Numbered from the stretch's first letter, positions 24,730 through 39,500 are shown. The stretch is DNA of 64,000 nucleotides from Somniosus microcephalus (GCA_052327205.1 CM126226.1:40176001-40240000); one strand, 5' to 3'. Notes: a model not told the origin generated them from the letters alone. Numbers and translations are program-made.

Positions 24730-25075
24730 TTTCCATACTTGGTCAAATATGCCCCAATGTCAACAGCAATCACTTTCACCTCTCCTCTGGCATTCAGTTC
24801 CTGCATCCATGTGTGGATCAAGGCTATAATGAGGTCTGGAGCTAAGTGGCTCTGGTGGAACCTGAACTGAGCACCAGCGAGCAGGTTATTGGTGAGTCGA
24901 TGTCGCTTAATGGCACTATTAATGACTCCTTCTATCACTTTGCTGATGATTGGGAGGCGGTTGATAGGATAGTAATTGGCCGGGTTAGATTTGTCCTGCT
25001 TTTTATTATTAGGATGTAACTGGGCAATTTTCCGGTGTCATAGCTGTACTGGAATAGCTTAGTTAGGGGCTTAGC
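24730..25075 (-). mobile_element. Non-LTR retrotransposon RT fragment (not HER1 type; clade unassigned)
   Basis: IEGVINSAIKRH..NNLL..AQF.F.Q.H.APDLI..L..TW..ELN.RGEV.V.A.DI resembles RT subdomains 1-3. Confidence 0.75.
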
Positions 25076-25309
25076 TAATTTTGTTGAAGAGTGAAAAACC
25101 ATTAGTTAGATCAACTCAGCAAGTTTAACCAAATGGGATTTTATACTGATTTAGTTTAATTATGTTGTACAGTCCAGATGTGTGCAGTGCACATTAAGGA
25201 AAAAAAAGTACTAATGCATAAAATTTCTTTTGATCTCATATCATTGAACCAGACATTTGAAATATGAGATTGAGTCCAACCCTCCTGCCCCCATCCCCCA
25301 CCCCCATTT

Positions 25310-25818
25310 TCTTCCTTCCTCTGCTAAGGAACAAGACTTATACTGGAGTACAGTTCCATATCTGCTGGCAGCCTTCTGGTACTGTACCCAGGTGCCCGTA
25401 GTGAATGCCTGGACACGTCAGCAGGCTATTCCATCGTGAAGAACGTTACAGCAAAGCCAAATCCTGTTATCACCTGATGGCCACCTCTACGTGTTCCAGA
25501 AAACGTCACTAGATAGCAGGAAACCTAGGTGATTTTTTCTTTCCCTAGGCCAAGGATGCCGAGGCCAATTATAACACCACAGTTGCTGCTCTGATTAAGA
25601 TTGGCTAACATAGCACAGAACATGGATCGAAACTGGACGCTCTTGATACATGGTTTAGGGACACATCATGCGATGAATTAACCCACTCAGCCAACAGTTA
25701 AGGGTTACGGAACCAAGGCGGATAGATGGAGTTAAGATACGGATCAGCTATGATCTAATTGAATGGCGGAAAAGGCTTGAGGGCCTCCTCCTGTTTCTAT
25801 GTTCCCAACAGGGGAGCG
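25310..25818 (-). mobile_element. Family A SINE with a CR1 tail (25698-25804, plus) inserted in its head
   Basis: TSD ccaacag at 25691-25697 and 25805-25811; the SINE head resumes after it. Confidence 0.7.
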
Positions 25819-26609
25819 GTGTGTAACATATAACGAATGACAACCCATGTGAGCAGCACATATGCCCAGGACACATTCTCTCAGGTTTGAACAATCAGTC
25901 CTTTGGGTTACTGAAGCAATTCTAGAAATTGAAACTCAATTTTTTGCAATGCATTCTTTACTTGGCTCTGCAACATAAGAGACCTGGAAGCATGCCAATG
26001 ATATAGTACACTGTGTGCACAAACAGGAGTGACCAACATTTCAAACAGCAACCAGAAAAGTCAGCCAGTAAAAGTGAAACAATAGGTGAGGAGGTTCTTC
26101 TCCCTCAGACCATTTTATTAAAGAAACTAAACCCCCACCCCAAGAAAACAACAGAAAGGGCATATTTCTAAACGTTATTTGTTATCCCTGTCAAGAAAAG
26201 GAGCCGAGGAGGAGGAGCCCAACAATATTTTAAAAAGAAAACTGATCAGTTTCTATTCTGATGAAAACATTCTCTGCTCCAAATTCTGGAAACAGCCATT
26301 TTCTAAAGAGTCGATTTCCATAGCAATGTCATCTGTAATTAGTTTAAACAAGGGTCTTTCACCCTCCCCCATACAATGCAGTTCCACAAAGCCAGTCCTT
26401 CGTCTCCCTCCCCTACCCAATGTTCAGGCCACAAACTAATTCCGCTCATCGCTAACATCCATTTGAAAAGCTTGCTAGGGAAATAAAAATAAAAGAAAAA
26501 TAATTTGCTCCTCACCAACCAATAATAGTTAATATTTTTTTTAAATCCAGCCAGGTCTACCAATTACTTATTGCAAAAATGTACTGTCTGGAGTGGAACA
26601 GAGACATAC

Positions 26610-26945
26610 ACAAGTCCCAGGCTCAATCTCTGGCTTGTGTTTAGTTAACTGAACTTAGTTAGGATGATGCTGGAGACCCTACAATTCTCCTATGTGCCCC
26701 TGGTTAGGCTAAGTTCCTGCTTCTGATCACTATCCAGTGGCTCCTGTTGGAAAAGTACACATGTACAGTGGATATTGCGTGAGAACAGGATCAGGCTTGG
26801 CTGCGATGTCCTTCATGGTCGATTAATCTGTCAACACTCACTGTCTAGTCTCATACGTGAAGAGTATCCATTTGGGTGAGGTACCAGAGGGCTGGCAGTG
26901 CTCATGGAATCGTACCCCAGCATGAGTTAGCATCTACAGGAGACG
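26610..26945 (+). mobile_element. Family A SINE
   Basis: gtcccaggctcaatctc..acactcactgtctagtctcatacgtgaagagtatccatttgggtgagg. Confidence 0.65.
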
Positions 26946-28702
26946 AGTACAGGAAATCAGGGTGGGATGAAGAATATATTTAAATATACAGTAAGAATAC
27001 ATTTTACATCTAATTTAAAGACAGAGCATATTTCTTTTTATACCATGAAAATGACCTTGAGGCTATTATGGTCTGTAGTGAGGCGATTTTGATCTTGTGT
27101 TATTAAGGTATTCGTACCTCTCAACACGTTCATGATTTAAACTGTGAAGACGCTTGGGACCAGCGTGATACTTTAAACAAAGCATCATACCGTTCACGTC
27201 CTATCACTTGTGAGTTCCTTGGCTGAGTCACTGGTTGTGAAGAAAAAGTTCACCAAGTTCCTCAGTGAACATCCTCTATTAGTTTTACATTGAAAGAAAT
27301 CTTTAGGAAGAAGAAAAACCTATTCGGCCCAACAGACCCATCCTTTATGGCGGATATCAACCCCATGTTGTCACCAGATCCCCCACAATCCCTTTGCTTT
27401 CCAGAAATATATCTGGTTGCCTCCTTAACCTTATTATACCGTTTGCTTCAATGGCCGACCCTAGTCACTTATTTCACAACTCTAACACACTTTGTGTAAT
27501 AAAAGTTCCGCCTGACTCTCCCTTTTACTCCTAACTTCCTAATTTTTCTGAACTTATATCCCTATGTAACAAATATAGGTTTTTATTAAATATAATTCAA
27601 TGAATACTATGAATTAAGAAATAATTGGAGAGTGGGGAAAAAACTTTAAAAAAATCATAAGCAGATACATTTGTGCCTATTTTCCAACAAAAACTTCCAA
27701 AATTTGTTCCAATTCCCTTCTTTGGGTACAGTTATTGATTGGTACTGTTCCCATCTGAGTACTAATGCACTTGTACTAAACTTCCTTTGCACGCCTAAGC
27801 ACACAAGCTTTTTAGTAAGAGCACGGGAACAGCACAAGTTGAAAATCTCTTACTCCAGATTCAGCAGTAGAAACCAAGGTAATGTTTCTGCAGCTGTTTG
27901 AATCGTGCGTGTATTTTGACAGTTATTTAGCACTTAATGGGTTAATATAATTAAAAAGTGAAGGATAAAAATGTAAAAATAAACACCATTGTAGATCTGT
28001 AATGTCCAATTTACTTTCTATTTCAGATTTTTTCCTTCACTAAAAATCCTTCAATACCTTGCAATTTATAAGATAAATGAAATTGAATAGTATATGAACC
28101 TGACTATTTTCAATGCTATCCCCTCTGAATGGAAACAATTGTGATTCCAGGTCAAAAAGACTCCACCACCATATTTTCTTATTTGGTTGTCAAAAGACTA
28201 GAAGTAATGAATATTTTGACTTGGCATTACACAGGAAGTATGGTCTCATTTTCCCTATGCATAGATTTTATAACACTAACTAGGTGCCTGCTGTCTGGCT
28301 TCTGAAACAGAACTGTATTGATTGTGTCTGCTTAGATTATCACGGAGCCCAATTTCTGTTTCGCTGAACACGTAGACAAAGTACAGTAACCACGTGCGAT
28401 GCATTTTGGACAATTGTTGCAGTTAGAAGACACCAGCTTGTAGGAAACCACAGCAAGTGCAGGTCTGGTGTAAGATTCCACACTTGTCCTTACGGTTCTG
28501 AAATATTACCATTTTATAAAACTGGGAAGTAAGAAAAATTGCAAATACTAGAATTCTGAAAATAAGAGGAAGCTTACAACAGGGCCATCTGTATCTGAAA
28601 AAGGAAAGAGAGGCTAATGTTTCAATTGAGCTCCTCCACCAGGGTGAAAGAAACAACCCAAACATTAACTTTATACTTTCTCCTTCAAATGCTGATTGAT
28701 AC

Positions 28703-28825
28703 CATAGAATCATAGAATGATACAGCACAGAAAGCGGCTATTCGGACCATCGTGTTCTTTGGTAGAGCTATCCAATTAATCCCAGTTCCCTGCTTTTTCC
28801 CCACAGCCCTGCAAATTTTTTCCCT
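28703..28825 (-). mobile_element. CR1 3' tail
   Basis: atagaatcatagaatgatacagcacag; homolog of ~23360-23485. Confidence 0.75.
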
Positions 28826-28871
28826 TCATGCGGTGTGTTTCCAGTATTTTCTGCTTTTATCCCAGTTTTTT

Positions 28872-29452
28872 CAGTTGACTTTTTGTATGCTGGCACCGGA
28901 CTTGCCTCAACACTTGCCACTGAGATCGTACTGTTTGCTCTGCTGCTTGAGGCAACATGCTGCAGTGCTCTTTCCCTGGGCCTACCTCTGGGCAGCCAGA
29001 GCACCCGCCTAAGCCAGGCGGTAGGCTCCTTTATTATGCAAATAGGGATCCCATGACGTATGTAAGACCCCATCTTTGCCATTTTAGGACAGTACGGGCT
29101 GGAGCTTTACCGTGTAGGCTCTGCAGGGTCAGCCGGCAGTCCAGCCAAAGAGGAGCCCTCAGCTAAGTTTTACTGTATTCTTGTGGGGCCAGGGGGAGCA
29201 GGAATACTCAGGGCTCCATAAAACCAGCCTGGGCCAATTCTGCTCCAAGGTCACCCACCTACCATAATTTGGTCTGGGACACCCGATATTGCGACAGCCC
29301 GGAAACGGTGAGCTACTCACAGCCCACCAGCCTATTGCTAATGAGGTCTAGCCTCAAACTGGACTGGGCCACCTGCTAGTACTATCGGGTGGCCGGTGAG
29401 CGCACTCTGCCACCTGGCTGCATAAAGTCCGCAACGGGGGAAAATCCACCTC
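28872..29452. mobile_element. Degenerate non-autonomous DNA transposon
   Basis: GC-enriched block with a central hairpin (gcaaatagggatcc..gaccccatctttgc) and a TIR-like right end aaaatccacctc; left end unclear. Confidence 0.35.
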
Positions 29453-29589
29453 ATTGAATCATCTGGGAAAGTTGCATTATGGTACAGTACTTGAGCATGT
29501 CACAGTAATGAAGGAATTTTTGTTTTCCTGAAGGCAGTATTCCTTTAAACAATCATTGTGCTCTGTAGTAATGAATGCAGCTTCACATA

Positions 29590-29860
29590 AAAATCTATGG
29601 CACTATTCAAAGATGAGCAGGGAGTTCTCCCAGTATCCTGACCAATATTTACCCTTCAACAAACACCACCAAAACAGATTAATTGTTAATTTATCTCATT
29701 GCAGTTTGTGGGATCTTGCTGTGTGCAAATTGGATGCTGCAGTTACCTATAAAAAAAGTGACTAACCGTCTAAATTAATTAATTGGCTGGGTGGCAGTTT
29801 GGGATGCCCGGAGTTCATTAAAGGCGTTATATAAATACAAGCCTTTCAAGTCTTTCTTTT
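29590..29860 (+). mobile_element. DeuSINE 3' part
   Basis: atggcactattcaaagatgagcaggg..tgggatcttgctgtgtgc..aaggcgttatataaat. Confidence 0.75.
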
Positions 29861-32800
29861 ATTTTCCTTGCTATAATTCTCTACTGTACTAAATATTAAA
29901 ACCTTCTGAACGTACACGCTCACCCGATAACCCTCCTGATCAATCCTGTCAGCCGGCTCCCTGGACACCACAAAAGCAGGCACATGTTAGCAATACAGGT
30001 CAAGGCACAGCTAAAAATGCAAGCTCCGTCTTGCTAAACTGTAGGCCAGTCTGATCCCATTATAAAGGATAACATCAAAACAGTAAAGGAGAGGGAACAG
30101 ACAGTCACCAAAATCCCCAAAGGGCCTAAAAAGCTGCAAGAGCTGAGCTTTTTCAAGAACATTTATTACTTATGAAACCTTCCAAGCTCAGACTCTGTGG
30201 ATGAAGCCAGACAACCAATTACTGTATTAGTGTTTCAAAGCCTCTTTAGCTGTCTTCAGAAATCACCATCACGTTCTCCTTGCAGCACACGCAGTTGCTG
30301 CAAAGCTTCAGGCCATACTGTTAGTACTAGTGTGCCACATGTGATCATTTCTAAGCTCACGTGCCGTGCTCCCTTGAACCATTTACTTTCCGAAGCACCA
30401 GACACATTCTCGTACGAGTGAAATTCGACAGCTTGCAAATTTGATGAATTAGAGATTCATTTAGAAGTACATTTCTCTTGATTTCTACATAGTCGAACAT
30501 GTCCATTATGTTCACAGAAGGGACCAAGCCATATTGGCAGTAACTCACAGGTGACTGATTTATCAAGCAACTCAGCTGCTAGCGGAGGAAGCTGAACTGG
30601 ACCCAGGCCTAGAAACCAACTCCCACTCTCTCGTGGATTCTCTGAACAGGAAGAGAATAAGGTTGAAAGAAAACCGTCACCAAAAAAAACCAGGTTGGGA
30701 CTTGGGAGGAAAAATCGTAGAGACTCTTGTGATCTCAAGACCTAAAAATGTGGAATTAGGCGACTGTAATATGGAACACAAAGGTGATCACTATACACAG
30801 AATAATCGCCATTGAATTGCATTAGCTTCTGGCCTGGGTCAAAATGTGTGGCTGTAATATGCAGGTGACCCTAAGTACAGGTTTGACTGCAACCTCTTTG
30901 AAATATGAATACTGGCCAACCTATGGTGGTTAATACGTTGATTCAGCTGCAGAACCACAAGAAACAAAAGTAGGGGGTGTGGCAGCACTGCATTTTAATT
31001 CTCGGCTTATTTCTCATAAAAAATACAACCAGCAAACTTGTCTCTCTCTCATGCTTGCCTCATAAGATTATTCTGGCTGGCCAGTTTTACCAAATAAAAT
31101 CCTCATTCCACATGCTCTAATACAGGGCTCAAAAGCAGATTTGTTTCCAAGTAAAATGGCATAGAAATTAGATAATGAAAAAAACCCAAAACATCCAGAC
31201 TAAACTATTAGGTTACAGGTAAATGATAGGCAAGTCTGCTTCGCACAGCCATTTGTGTGTTTTGTTTAAATAATGCCCCAGAAAAACCAAGACCTTAAGA
31301 CCTATCCTGTAGTAAATTCTGTCTGTAACAATGTTGCTTTACCTGAAACTAACGATAGGAGGGTTGAAAATACCGCACTCAATGGAAATGTTATGTGTCA
31401 CGGATTCAACAGTAAAGTATGAAGGGAAACTGCAGCTTAATGACCAAGGTTTATGGAAAAAAATGATGGTCACAGATGATATACTGTACATGTCGTTTTC
31501 CCACACACGTATTCTTTCCTACTTCTTTCATTACCGAAGTGAAGCCTTTTAACACTCTGCCCTCAACTCAGTTACTTGCCTTCTTATTAAGGCAGAAAAA
31601 ATAGTGTGAAGGCCACACCAACCATACAGCAATTACAGATAACAACCAATTACTCCTTGTAAAGAAAAATCAATTTGTAGCCTTGTTTTAGTTTGTGACA
31701 CTTGGAATTCACATCCACCCACGTGACTGAGGCAAGTTCTCCCTTGTATTTTATTTTAATTCTTCCCTCCCCCGGCCATTTTTCTCCCAACATTTTGGTT
31801 CTCTTTGTACCATCCCAGTGTGGATTGGCTGTTCTTCTCCCAATGAAAGAATCTCCCTCCTCCACTTGCCTTCTTTTACATACAATGTTGCTCAGTTTGA
31901 TTACTTTGATGTATAGGGAATTGAGGCTACAGGAGGACACCCATTTGTACCTTGGCACCATCCTTACCGTTTTTTCCTCAGTTCTTTGCTTGGGATTCAG
32001 TTCCATGGGTGCCAGTCATCCTCAAGTACCTAACAACCCAAGTGACAATTATTCAACTGTGAGGCATGGAGCATCATATTTCTGTTTTCACCTGATGCCC
32101 ATGCACTTCCAACAGAGTGATTAGGGGTAGGAACCCTGACCGACTTTTTCTGGTCTTCACTCAGGGGCACTGAGGCCAATTGGTGTTCCCCTTCCACCAG
32201 CCTGGCTGAGATCAGTTAATTTAACACAAACTGGAAACGGAACCTAATCTGTGCGGTTCACCTGCTTACTGCAACATTTTTGCTTTATTGGCCAAAACTG
32301 GTTTTCATAGAAATCTGCTCTACCATTACTGCTAACTGATTGAAATGCTGGTGCATAAGGATAAGATCACTTAAGAGACTCATTCCAAAAGTACAACAAC
32401 AATATAGCCAATTGTTTAAAAATAATAGTGCAAATTTTGTGCTGCCTTGTTGTGGAAGTCTTGGCACAATATCCTAGCAGGAACGGACTATGGACATGAC
32501 CCAAGACTTTTATCATGTGACTTAGTTTGGGAAATGAATGGTGCGTTCAACAGAGTAAAGGGGGTGCTATGTCACTTTATATCACTGGGGTTGTACTCTT
32601 TCACTCAACAGAACAAATCCATACAGTGATGACACTTGTAGTGAAGTGTAACCTACCTCTATGTGGAGGAACCTGCACTTTAGATTAACATTTGCAGCAT
32701 TTTAGAAATTGTAACTTATTTTTCAAATTGATAAATTATGAAATAAAGGAAACCCTGTCAGAGTGCCTTTTATTTGTTTCTCTGGTTGCATCTACAGTGT

Positions 32801-33271
32801 TTAATAGAAAGGTCACACTTAATAATATAATATGAATTGGATTAATCCACCTCACTGAGTTTGGACAGTTGAGTGTTCCCATTCAATGGTCTATTTCTGT
32901 AGGGACGACAAAGGTGATGATGAGTGTTGCTGAGGAAATTACACCACATCTACCAAGTGATCCTATGGAATATTTATATTCAGCCTGACTTATATTTTAA
33001 CCACAGAGGTTTACAGAAAGCACGGAACACAAAGGTAATTCACCAATCCTGCACTGCCAGAGGGGAACTGTGGTCAGAAACAGCACAGGTAAATGAATCA
33101 GGGATACAATGCTGTAGTTCTATCTCTGACTGACGCACCTTCCAGCCCAGCTCCATGCTGGGAGTAGTGAATTTACCACAAATTGCACCGGTTTCTAAAT
33201 TGTTTAAGGAACTTTATTTTAATAAAGTACAAACTGCTAATATTTCAGTGTCAGACTGTTTCAGTGTCACA

Positions 33272-35273
33272 GGCCGGAATTTTGCCGGCGCTCAGAGAGC
33301 GGGTTCGGAAGTGGGTCCGCTGTCAAAATCTGAAAGATTGACAGCGGGTTGGGATCCCGCGCTGAACCCACCTCCGTGTCAGTTTCCCAAGTGCGGGGTC
33401 TGCCTGCGCTTTGCAGACCTGGCACTAAGCGGCGGGTCAGCCAATTGAGATATTTAAGAGGGTCTTTAAAGGTAGATGAATGGCATTTTACCACCTTCTA
33501 GCCATTTTTCCAACTTTTCCACAAGGTTCCCGTTGCTCGGAGATCACGTCAGGTCAGTGACGTAAGAAAACTACTAGGCACTTGGTCTGAGTATTAATCA
33601 ACTGTTTTTCAACATGGAAATCTAGTTGTGTCCTTCACTAGCTTCTGTTAAAGAATGTCCTGAGCAAGCTGGGCCCATGCCCGAGTATTTATACTCTCCC
33701 TGGACAGCGCCACCAGCAGGCCACCCAGTATCATTTCATAAGTCATTTCCACATAAATGACAAGATTCATGTCAGTAAATGTGTCGGATTCTCTATGACT
33801 CTCCATTGCTGTGAATAGGTGACAACTGCAAAGTGGTATAAAAGCTACCATTTCACAGCTGTTCACTTTCCAATGCGCCTTCAGGATTTGGAAGACACTT
33901 TTGAGCTGTATGCAGTTCGGAAGTGTTTGGAGTAAACTCTCTATCCACTGTCACCTCCTTGGAGCAACCTCTCTCACCATTGACAATCACTTCAGTTATC
34001 TCAACTTCAGCTGCCATATATTCCAGCAGCATCGGTGCCCCTGAAAAAAATCTCACCTTGGTCCTCAGAATCCCACTACGATCAGCTCCAACACCAACAT
34101 CACCAGACACACCAGCAGCAACAACACCAACCGTCTCCGCAATCACCTGATGCTGCACAGGACACAGGGCATCAGCACCTGACAACATTGCTGCCCGGGA
34201 GGCCAGCGATGGCCTCACCATGGCCAGATTTACTTCACTTGACGCTGTATCGCTGTATACCCTGGCTGCCACATGATGCACCAGGTTGCCACCACCCCAC
34301 ACCAGCACTACCAGCACTAAACTATGCCTACAATGTCCAAGCTATTCCTTTGTTCCTATCACACTCATCACCATGGGGGGGGGGGGGGGGGGGGGGGGAA
34401 AGAGGGCAGGGGGAGTTATGTCTCACCATTCACTGAAACTCACTAAGGTGCACACAAGTCTGTCCAAGAAGGCAAAGTGTTGAAAATAAAGATTTCAATG
34501 CTTGACAACACATTAACACTTTACATGAACATTGGCTAAAGTACACAAGTGCCGACCCTTGTGTGTTGTTAGTTTGAATGATTGGAGGGTGAATGAGAGG
34601 AGTGGATTGTGCGATGGGGAAGTGATAATGTAGATAGAGATGAATGAGTGGAGATGTAAGGTAAGTTGGTGTAAGGATGTGCAGGAGGGCAGAGTGATGG
34701 GGATGTGATGAGTGGCACAGGAGGATGAGGTTGAGTATGGCTTTGCAGTAACATTTCGTGGTCTACTGAGATCATCGAAAGGCTTGCGCCACTGTAGTCA
34801 GGTCATTCTGACAACATTCCTGCTTGTGGCCTCTTGTGCAACATGTAACCAGGCTGTGTTGGTCTCCTGGGGAAGTCTCTTCCGCCCATTGGAAGGGAAG
34901 AAAGCCTCCCTGCGTGCCGTGACTCCCTCCATAAGCATACGGAGGGAGTCATGGGAGAGACTGGGTGCAGCCGTGCCCCCTTGTGCAGTGCCGGTCAGTG
35001 TTTGCAGCACCTCAATGCTGCAGAACACTGACATACAACTGTCAAAATGAATGTGGACATGGTCCCTTCAAGGAAATCGGCTGATGACGCATCATCAGAT
35101 GACGTCATCAGACCCGCTTCCTTTTAATTGGCCAGGAACCTTGCAGGGCGGGCTTAACAAGCCCAATCAGGGCAAAACCACTTGGAAGAGGCGGGATGAA
35201 GATGGGAGCAGGGTTTGAAGCCGCCACCTACTCCGGCCGCATCGGACTAGCCACTATTTGCGCAATCGTGGCC
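33272..35273. mobile_element. Older internally deleted Harbinger element (putative transposase start on plus, Myb-like remnant on minus)
   Basis: Imperfect TIRs ggccggaatt / aatcgtggcc; TSD aca on both sides. Confidence 0.75.
34755..34990 (-). pseudogene. Degenerate Myb/SANT-like exon
   Basis: AAPSLSHDSLRMLMEGVTARREAFFPSNGRKR....AWLHVAQEATSRNVVRMT*LQWRKPFDDL aligns with the protein at 12078; in-frame TGA at 34798-34800. Confidence 0.8.
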
Positions 35274-35530
35274 ACAGAGTTTAAACAAAAAACAATTTAA
35301 TTTCTAGGCAAATAAGGCTTTTATAACCCATCTTTTTCAGCAGTGAGTAGCAATATTTTCATATGAAAACACTATAACCAAAATAAAATATAAACCAGGG
35401 TGGATTACAAAAATGGACTGTTTTACCCTCTATATTTACAGGCCACGAATGGCATTTGCAGGAATATTTTTTGATGGACAACATAGAGATAATTTGCACA
35501 AAGCTTTATATAAATTTTGCAGTATTCCCC

Positions 35531-35750
35531 ATTCCCTTCGCTCCACCAATGGTGGCCGTGCCTTCAGCTGCCTAGGCCGTAAACTCTGGAATTTCCTCCC
35601 TAAATCTCTTTGCCTCCCTCACCTCATTAAAACCCATCTCACCACTCCTAATATCCCCTTCTTTGGTTTGGTGTTGATTTTTGTCCGATTACACCTCTGA
35701 GGTGCCTTGGGACATTTTTCTACATTGAAAGAGCTAAATAAAGGCAATTT
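35531..35750 (+). mobile_element. L2-like LINE 3' end
   Basis: LRSTNGGRAFSCLGRKLWNFLP; tail ccttgggacattt..attgaaagagctaaataaa; similar copy at ~38480-38690. Confidence 0.7.
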
Positions 35751-36134
35751 ATTGTTGGAAGATATGGTAAATTGAAAATATCAATTATGTAATATCTAAA
35801 ATGATGAATAACATCCTATTTAATAATCAGTAATTTTACATTAAATCTTTTAAAGTTATACAGGCTAACCTAAAAAGATAACCCCTCATTTTAGTTTAGT
35901 TCAAAATTAAGATACTGACTAAAGCTAGAGAAATCCTACATGAAATTTAGGGTCCAAATTAATATTCTTAACGAGCATTAATCTTTCCATCCCACATAAA
36001 ACATTAGATAAACCCCAATAAGAGCCACCAACAGACTTTACTTCTGCAAGGGCATGGTAAGGTCCAGATTGTCAATCACTTTTTAATAAACAGTCCCTCT
36101 GAAATGTGAATAAACATATTCTTTAAAAAAAACG

Positions 36135-36517
36135 AAGGGAAAAATCATCAGCGAGAGATCGTGCTCCTGATCTCTATCCAGTGACCTCTGCTGGATAGGT
36201 GTATGTGTGTGTGTGGACTTTGGGTAAGGATAGGCTTGGTTGTGATACTCCTGGGGGTGAATAGCCTGTCCACATTCACTGCCTAGGATCACTCATGAAT
36301 AATGATCATCTGTGACACTAGAACTGTATCCTACAAGGGGAGAGGAGAAAACTGTGCAGATGTGCGGGTTAGGATGATTGGCTATGATAAATTGACCCTT
36401 AGTGTTAGGGGGATTAAATACGTGGGGTTTACGGGGATCGGGTGGGATATGTGTCGGTGCAGGCTCGATGGGCTGAAATGGCCTCTATCTGCACTGTGGG
36501 GTTTCTGTGATTCTGTG
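36135..36517 (+). mobile_element. Family A SINE fragment (36135-36345) plus truncated HE1 SINE (36358-36517)
   Basis: 36358-36517 is nearly identical to 18608-18766. Confidence 0.75.
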
Positions 36518-39500
36518 AAAATTAGAGGAATATAGGTGGAAATTTAAAGAAAACGGAGAAAGAAACCTTCATGCAGACTGCAGTTAATTTTATTTGAAAA
36601 GACGGCACCAGCTGTATACAGTATTAGCCTACAATCCAAGCGGATCGCTGCATCCCATCAGGAAAGATGATTTTCCTGTCTGTGAGCAGCAGTGGCAAAA
36701 AGAGGGGGGTGGGGGGAGTGGGGGAGGAGACATGGGAAGACAGATTGTCTTTTCTATGGGAAGTGACTGATTCATTGCCTGGGGTGTACTGAGCACACTG
36801 CAGCGTGACTGAACATCCACATGTCATGTCTGCACAGACCCACTATTAATAGTCTTCAATTAAGGCTTTGGAATTAGTTTGTCTGCGCCTATATTGGGCC
36901 CTATCATGTTAAAGAAATTAAGGTACTAAAAAAAACAAACATACACTGAACTCTACTTCACATTTTTTTTTAAGGAGGGAATGTCCCTTTTTGTAATCCT
37001 GCTTCTGTATTTCACAACTCCTTAAAAATATTCTCACTCGTCCTGTGAAGCTGTAGTGAGTGTGGTGTGGTGTGGTGACGAAGAGAAGGAATCTTCCTTC
37101 CAAGTGAGTTGCAGTTTTTCGCATGGTGCGATACTTGGGAAGACCCATGATGACATACCTGGTTGGAGGAGTCAAGCATCAGTCACCACCATGATGTGAA
37201 CGGTGCATCTTAACTGCTGTGCTTAGAATTGCACTCTGGTCTTAGTTTTGCATCACCCACTGTTGAAAATACATTTATCATCATCCCATCACATGTTTGA
37301 GTGCTGCAATAATTGACCAGTTCTCCCTGTCTCTAAACAGTTGCCTGCGATCTGGCTGCCGTTTTTTTCTCCCTTCCTTCCCCTTTTGGTCATCGGCTGC
37401 TTGTGTAAAATGACAAGATGTAAAATTGGGAGAAAAAGCGTTTTATTTCTTGACCTCACTCTTTCCATTTGCAAATTTGGGGAATGGCACAAATTCAATG
37501 GCCAGTAAGTACAGTACTTTGATAATGCAGCACATTTGCTAATGGCAAAAAGAAAATGTCAAAACAATAAAGTCACCAAGTAAGACAACACATACGATCA
37601 GTGAGTTAGGTATGATGTAGGCTCACCAGAGTGATCTAGAAGTGGCGCTGATAAAAAGCTAATTCAATATACCTAATTTTCATGAAGGAAAAATTAATAT
37701 TTTATTTTCTCTTAGTAGTAAGGGGGCTGAAATTCTTGTCCTCATTATTTTTAAACAAAGAAGCAAGTATGAGAGAAAGATAGTGAAATACCAATTTTGC
37801 GATAAACTTTTAGCCTAAGGTTGGGTCTACCTTTCTCATACAATTTCTCGTGTCTGTAATCAAATATCTGTATCTTCCTGTATTTGTTCACTTGCTAGTG
37901 TGTATATATACACATATACACTGTTCTTTGCAATGATAGCACCATTTTCTTTTATCTTTTGGAAGTTACAATAGAAAAAGTTGAAAACATTGGAGTGTCT
38001 TGAGCTTGTTGTCTGTGGTGACCATCGTGTCTTGACAATTTTCTTCTTCCTCATTGGTTGAGTTATACTTTCCAATTCGTTATTTTGTATTTTTGTTTTT
38101 CACCAATTATACAGTTATAAGACTCCTGCTAACAAACTTGCTGCCATTGCAGCTAAAAAAGCTGAAACGGCCAGTCTCCAAGTCTGATCAATATGACAGA
38201 GTGTCCAACCAGGACTCGGGAATAACTAAGTGGTGACATTAAGAAATGAGCTACAGGATATGGGACAGACTGGCTGTGTGCCAGTTTCTCAGTACTTAAT
38301 ACTTCCATTTTATGCCTGGTATTTTCTAAAATAACTCTAGAATGTCAAATGTATTTTGCACCGGTCAACAAGACACAATTGTCAGAACTGATTTAATACA
38401 TTTTATGACTCAAGATTCTAGATCAAATTTTAAATCCTCTTTCTTATCTACAGGTCCCTCCACTGCCTTATCCCAACCTACCTCTGCAAAGTTCTTCCGT
38501 CTCGTCCTGCACCACCCCCCACCCTGATCCACCTTTGATGACAGAGCCTTCAACCACTGTGGCCCCACTCTTAAGGAATTTCATTTCTAAACCCCCCATC
38601 ACTCTATTTTCATCTGCAACTTTAAAAGCCTTCTCAGTCACATCTCTTTGCCCAGTGTTTCAGTGACCTTGCCTAATGCTCTGATAAAGGCACAGCACCC
38701 ACTCCTTTTCTAATCTCATAAAATCAGACTTGCGGATACAACCTATCAAAATATGCTGAGGATGTCAAGAATCACCATCCAAGAGTTACACAGAAGTGTC
38801 TCAATGTGCACAGGACCTTGACCTTTTTTTAAATTGTTCTTGGGATGTGGGCAACTCTGACATGCCAGTATTTATTGCCCATCCCTAGTTGCTTTGAGGG
38901 CATCAAGAGCTAACATCATAGTGTGTGGTACTGAAGTCCCTTTTAGTCTAAACTAGGTTTCGCTACCTAAAGGATATTAGTTATTCAGTAGGGTTTTTAC
39001 AGCAATCCAGTAGCTTTCATTTTTTGAATTCAACTTCACAATTTGCTTTAGTGGGATATAAATTTATGACCTCTGGTTGCTGGTCCAGTACCATGACCGA
39101 AGGTTACTGTAACCTTTATGATGAATTTCATGGAATATTCTAGGGCAAATCCCTGCCCTAGAGGTCAGTAATGGGATGGATGAATATTCTGCAGTTTTGC
39201 TCGATTACCTTTGGGAATAAGGGATTATTTATACACAGTTTCTTTCAAAATTTAAATGGTTGGCCCAACTGGATAGATTAAACACTATCTGTGGAACCAG
39301 TGAACTTGATGGACCGAATGCTTTATCTCATTCCATAATTTTTTACATGGTGGAGTCCCAATTATATGGACTAGTCTTAAAGTGCTTGTACCTTAATGCA
39401 GGGCCATTGACAGTAAACAGGTGATATTCCTGCTAACAACAATCTTCAAAGTAAACAAGCCAACCTCCTCCACAGATCTGATGGCAGCATGGGTGAACTG

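Noticed and set aside
30197-30744. Near-open frames on both strands; possible minus exon 30549-30741 or TGA read-through/selenoprotein
   Set aside because: Several stops, no recognisable homology and no SECIS identified; the strand cannot be decided.
37146-37230. C/D-box snoRNA (atgatga)
   Set aside because: No suitably placed CTGA D box or terminal stem.
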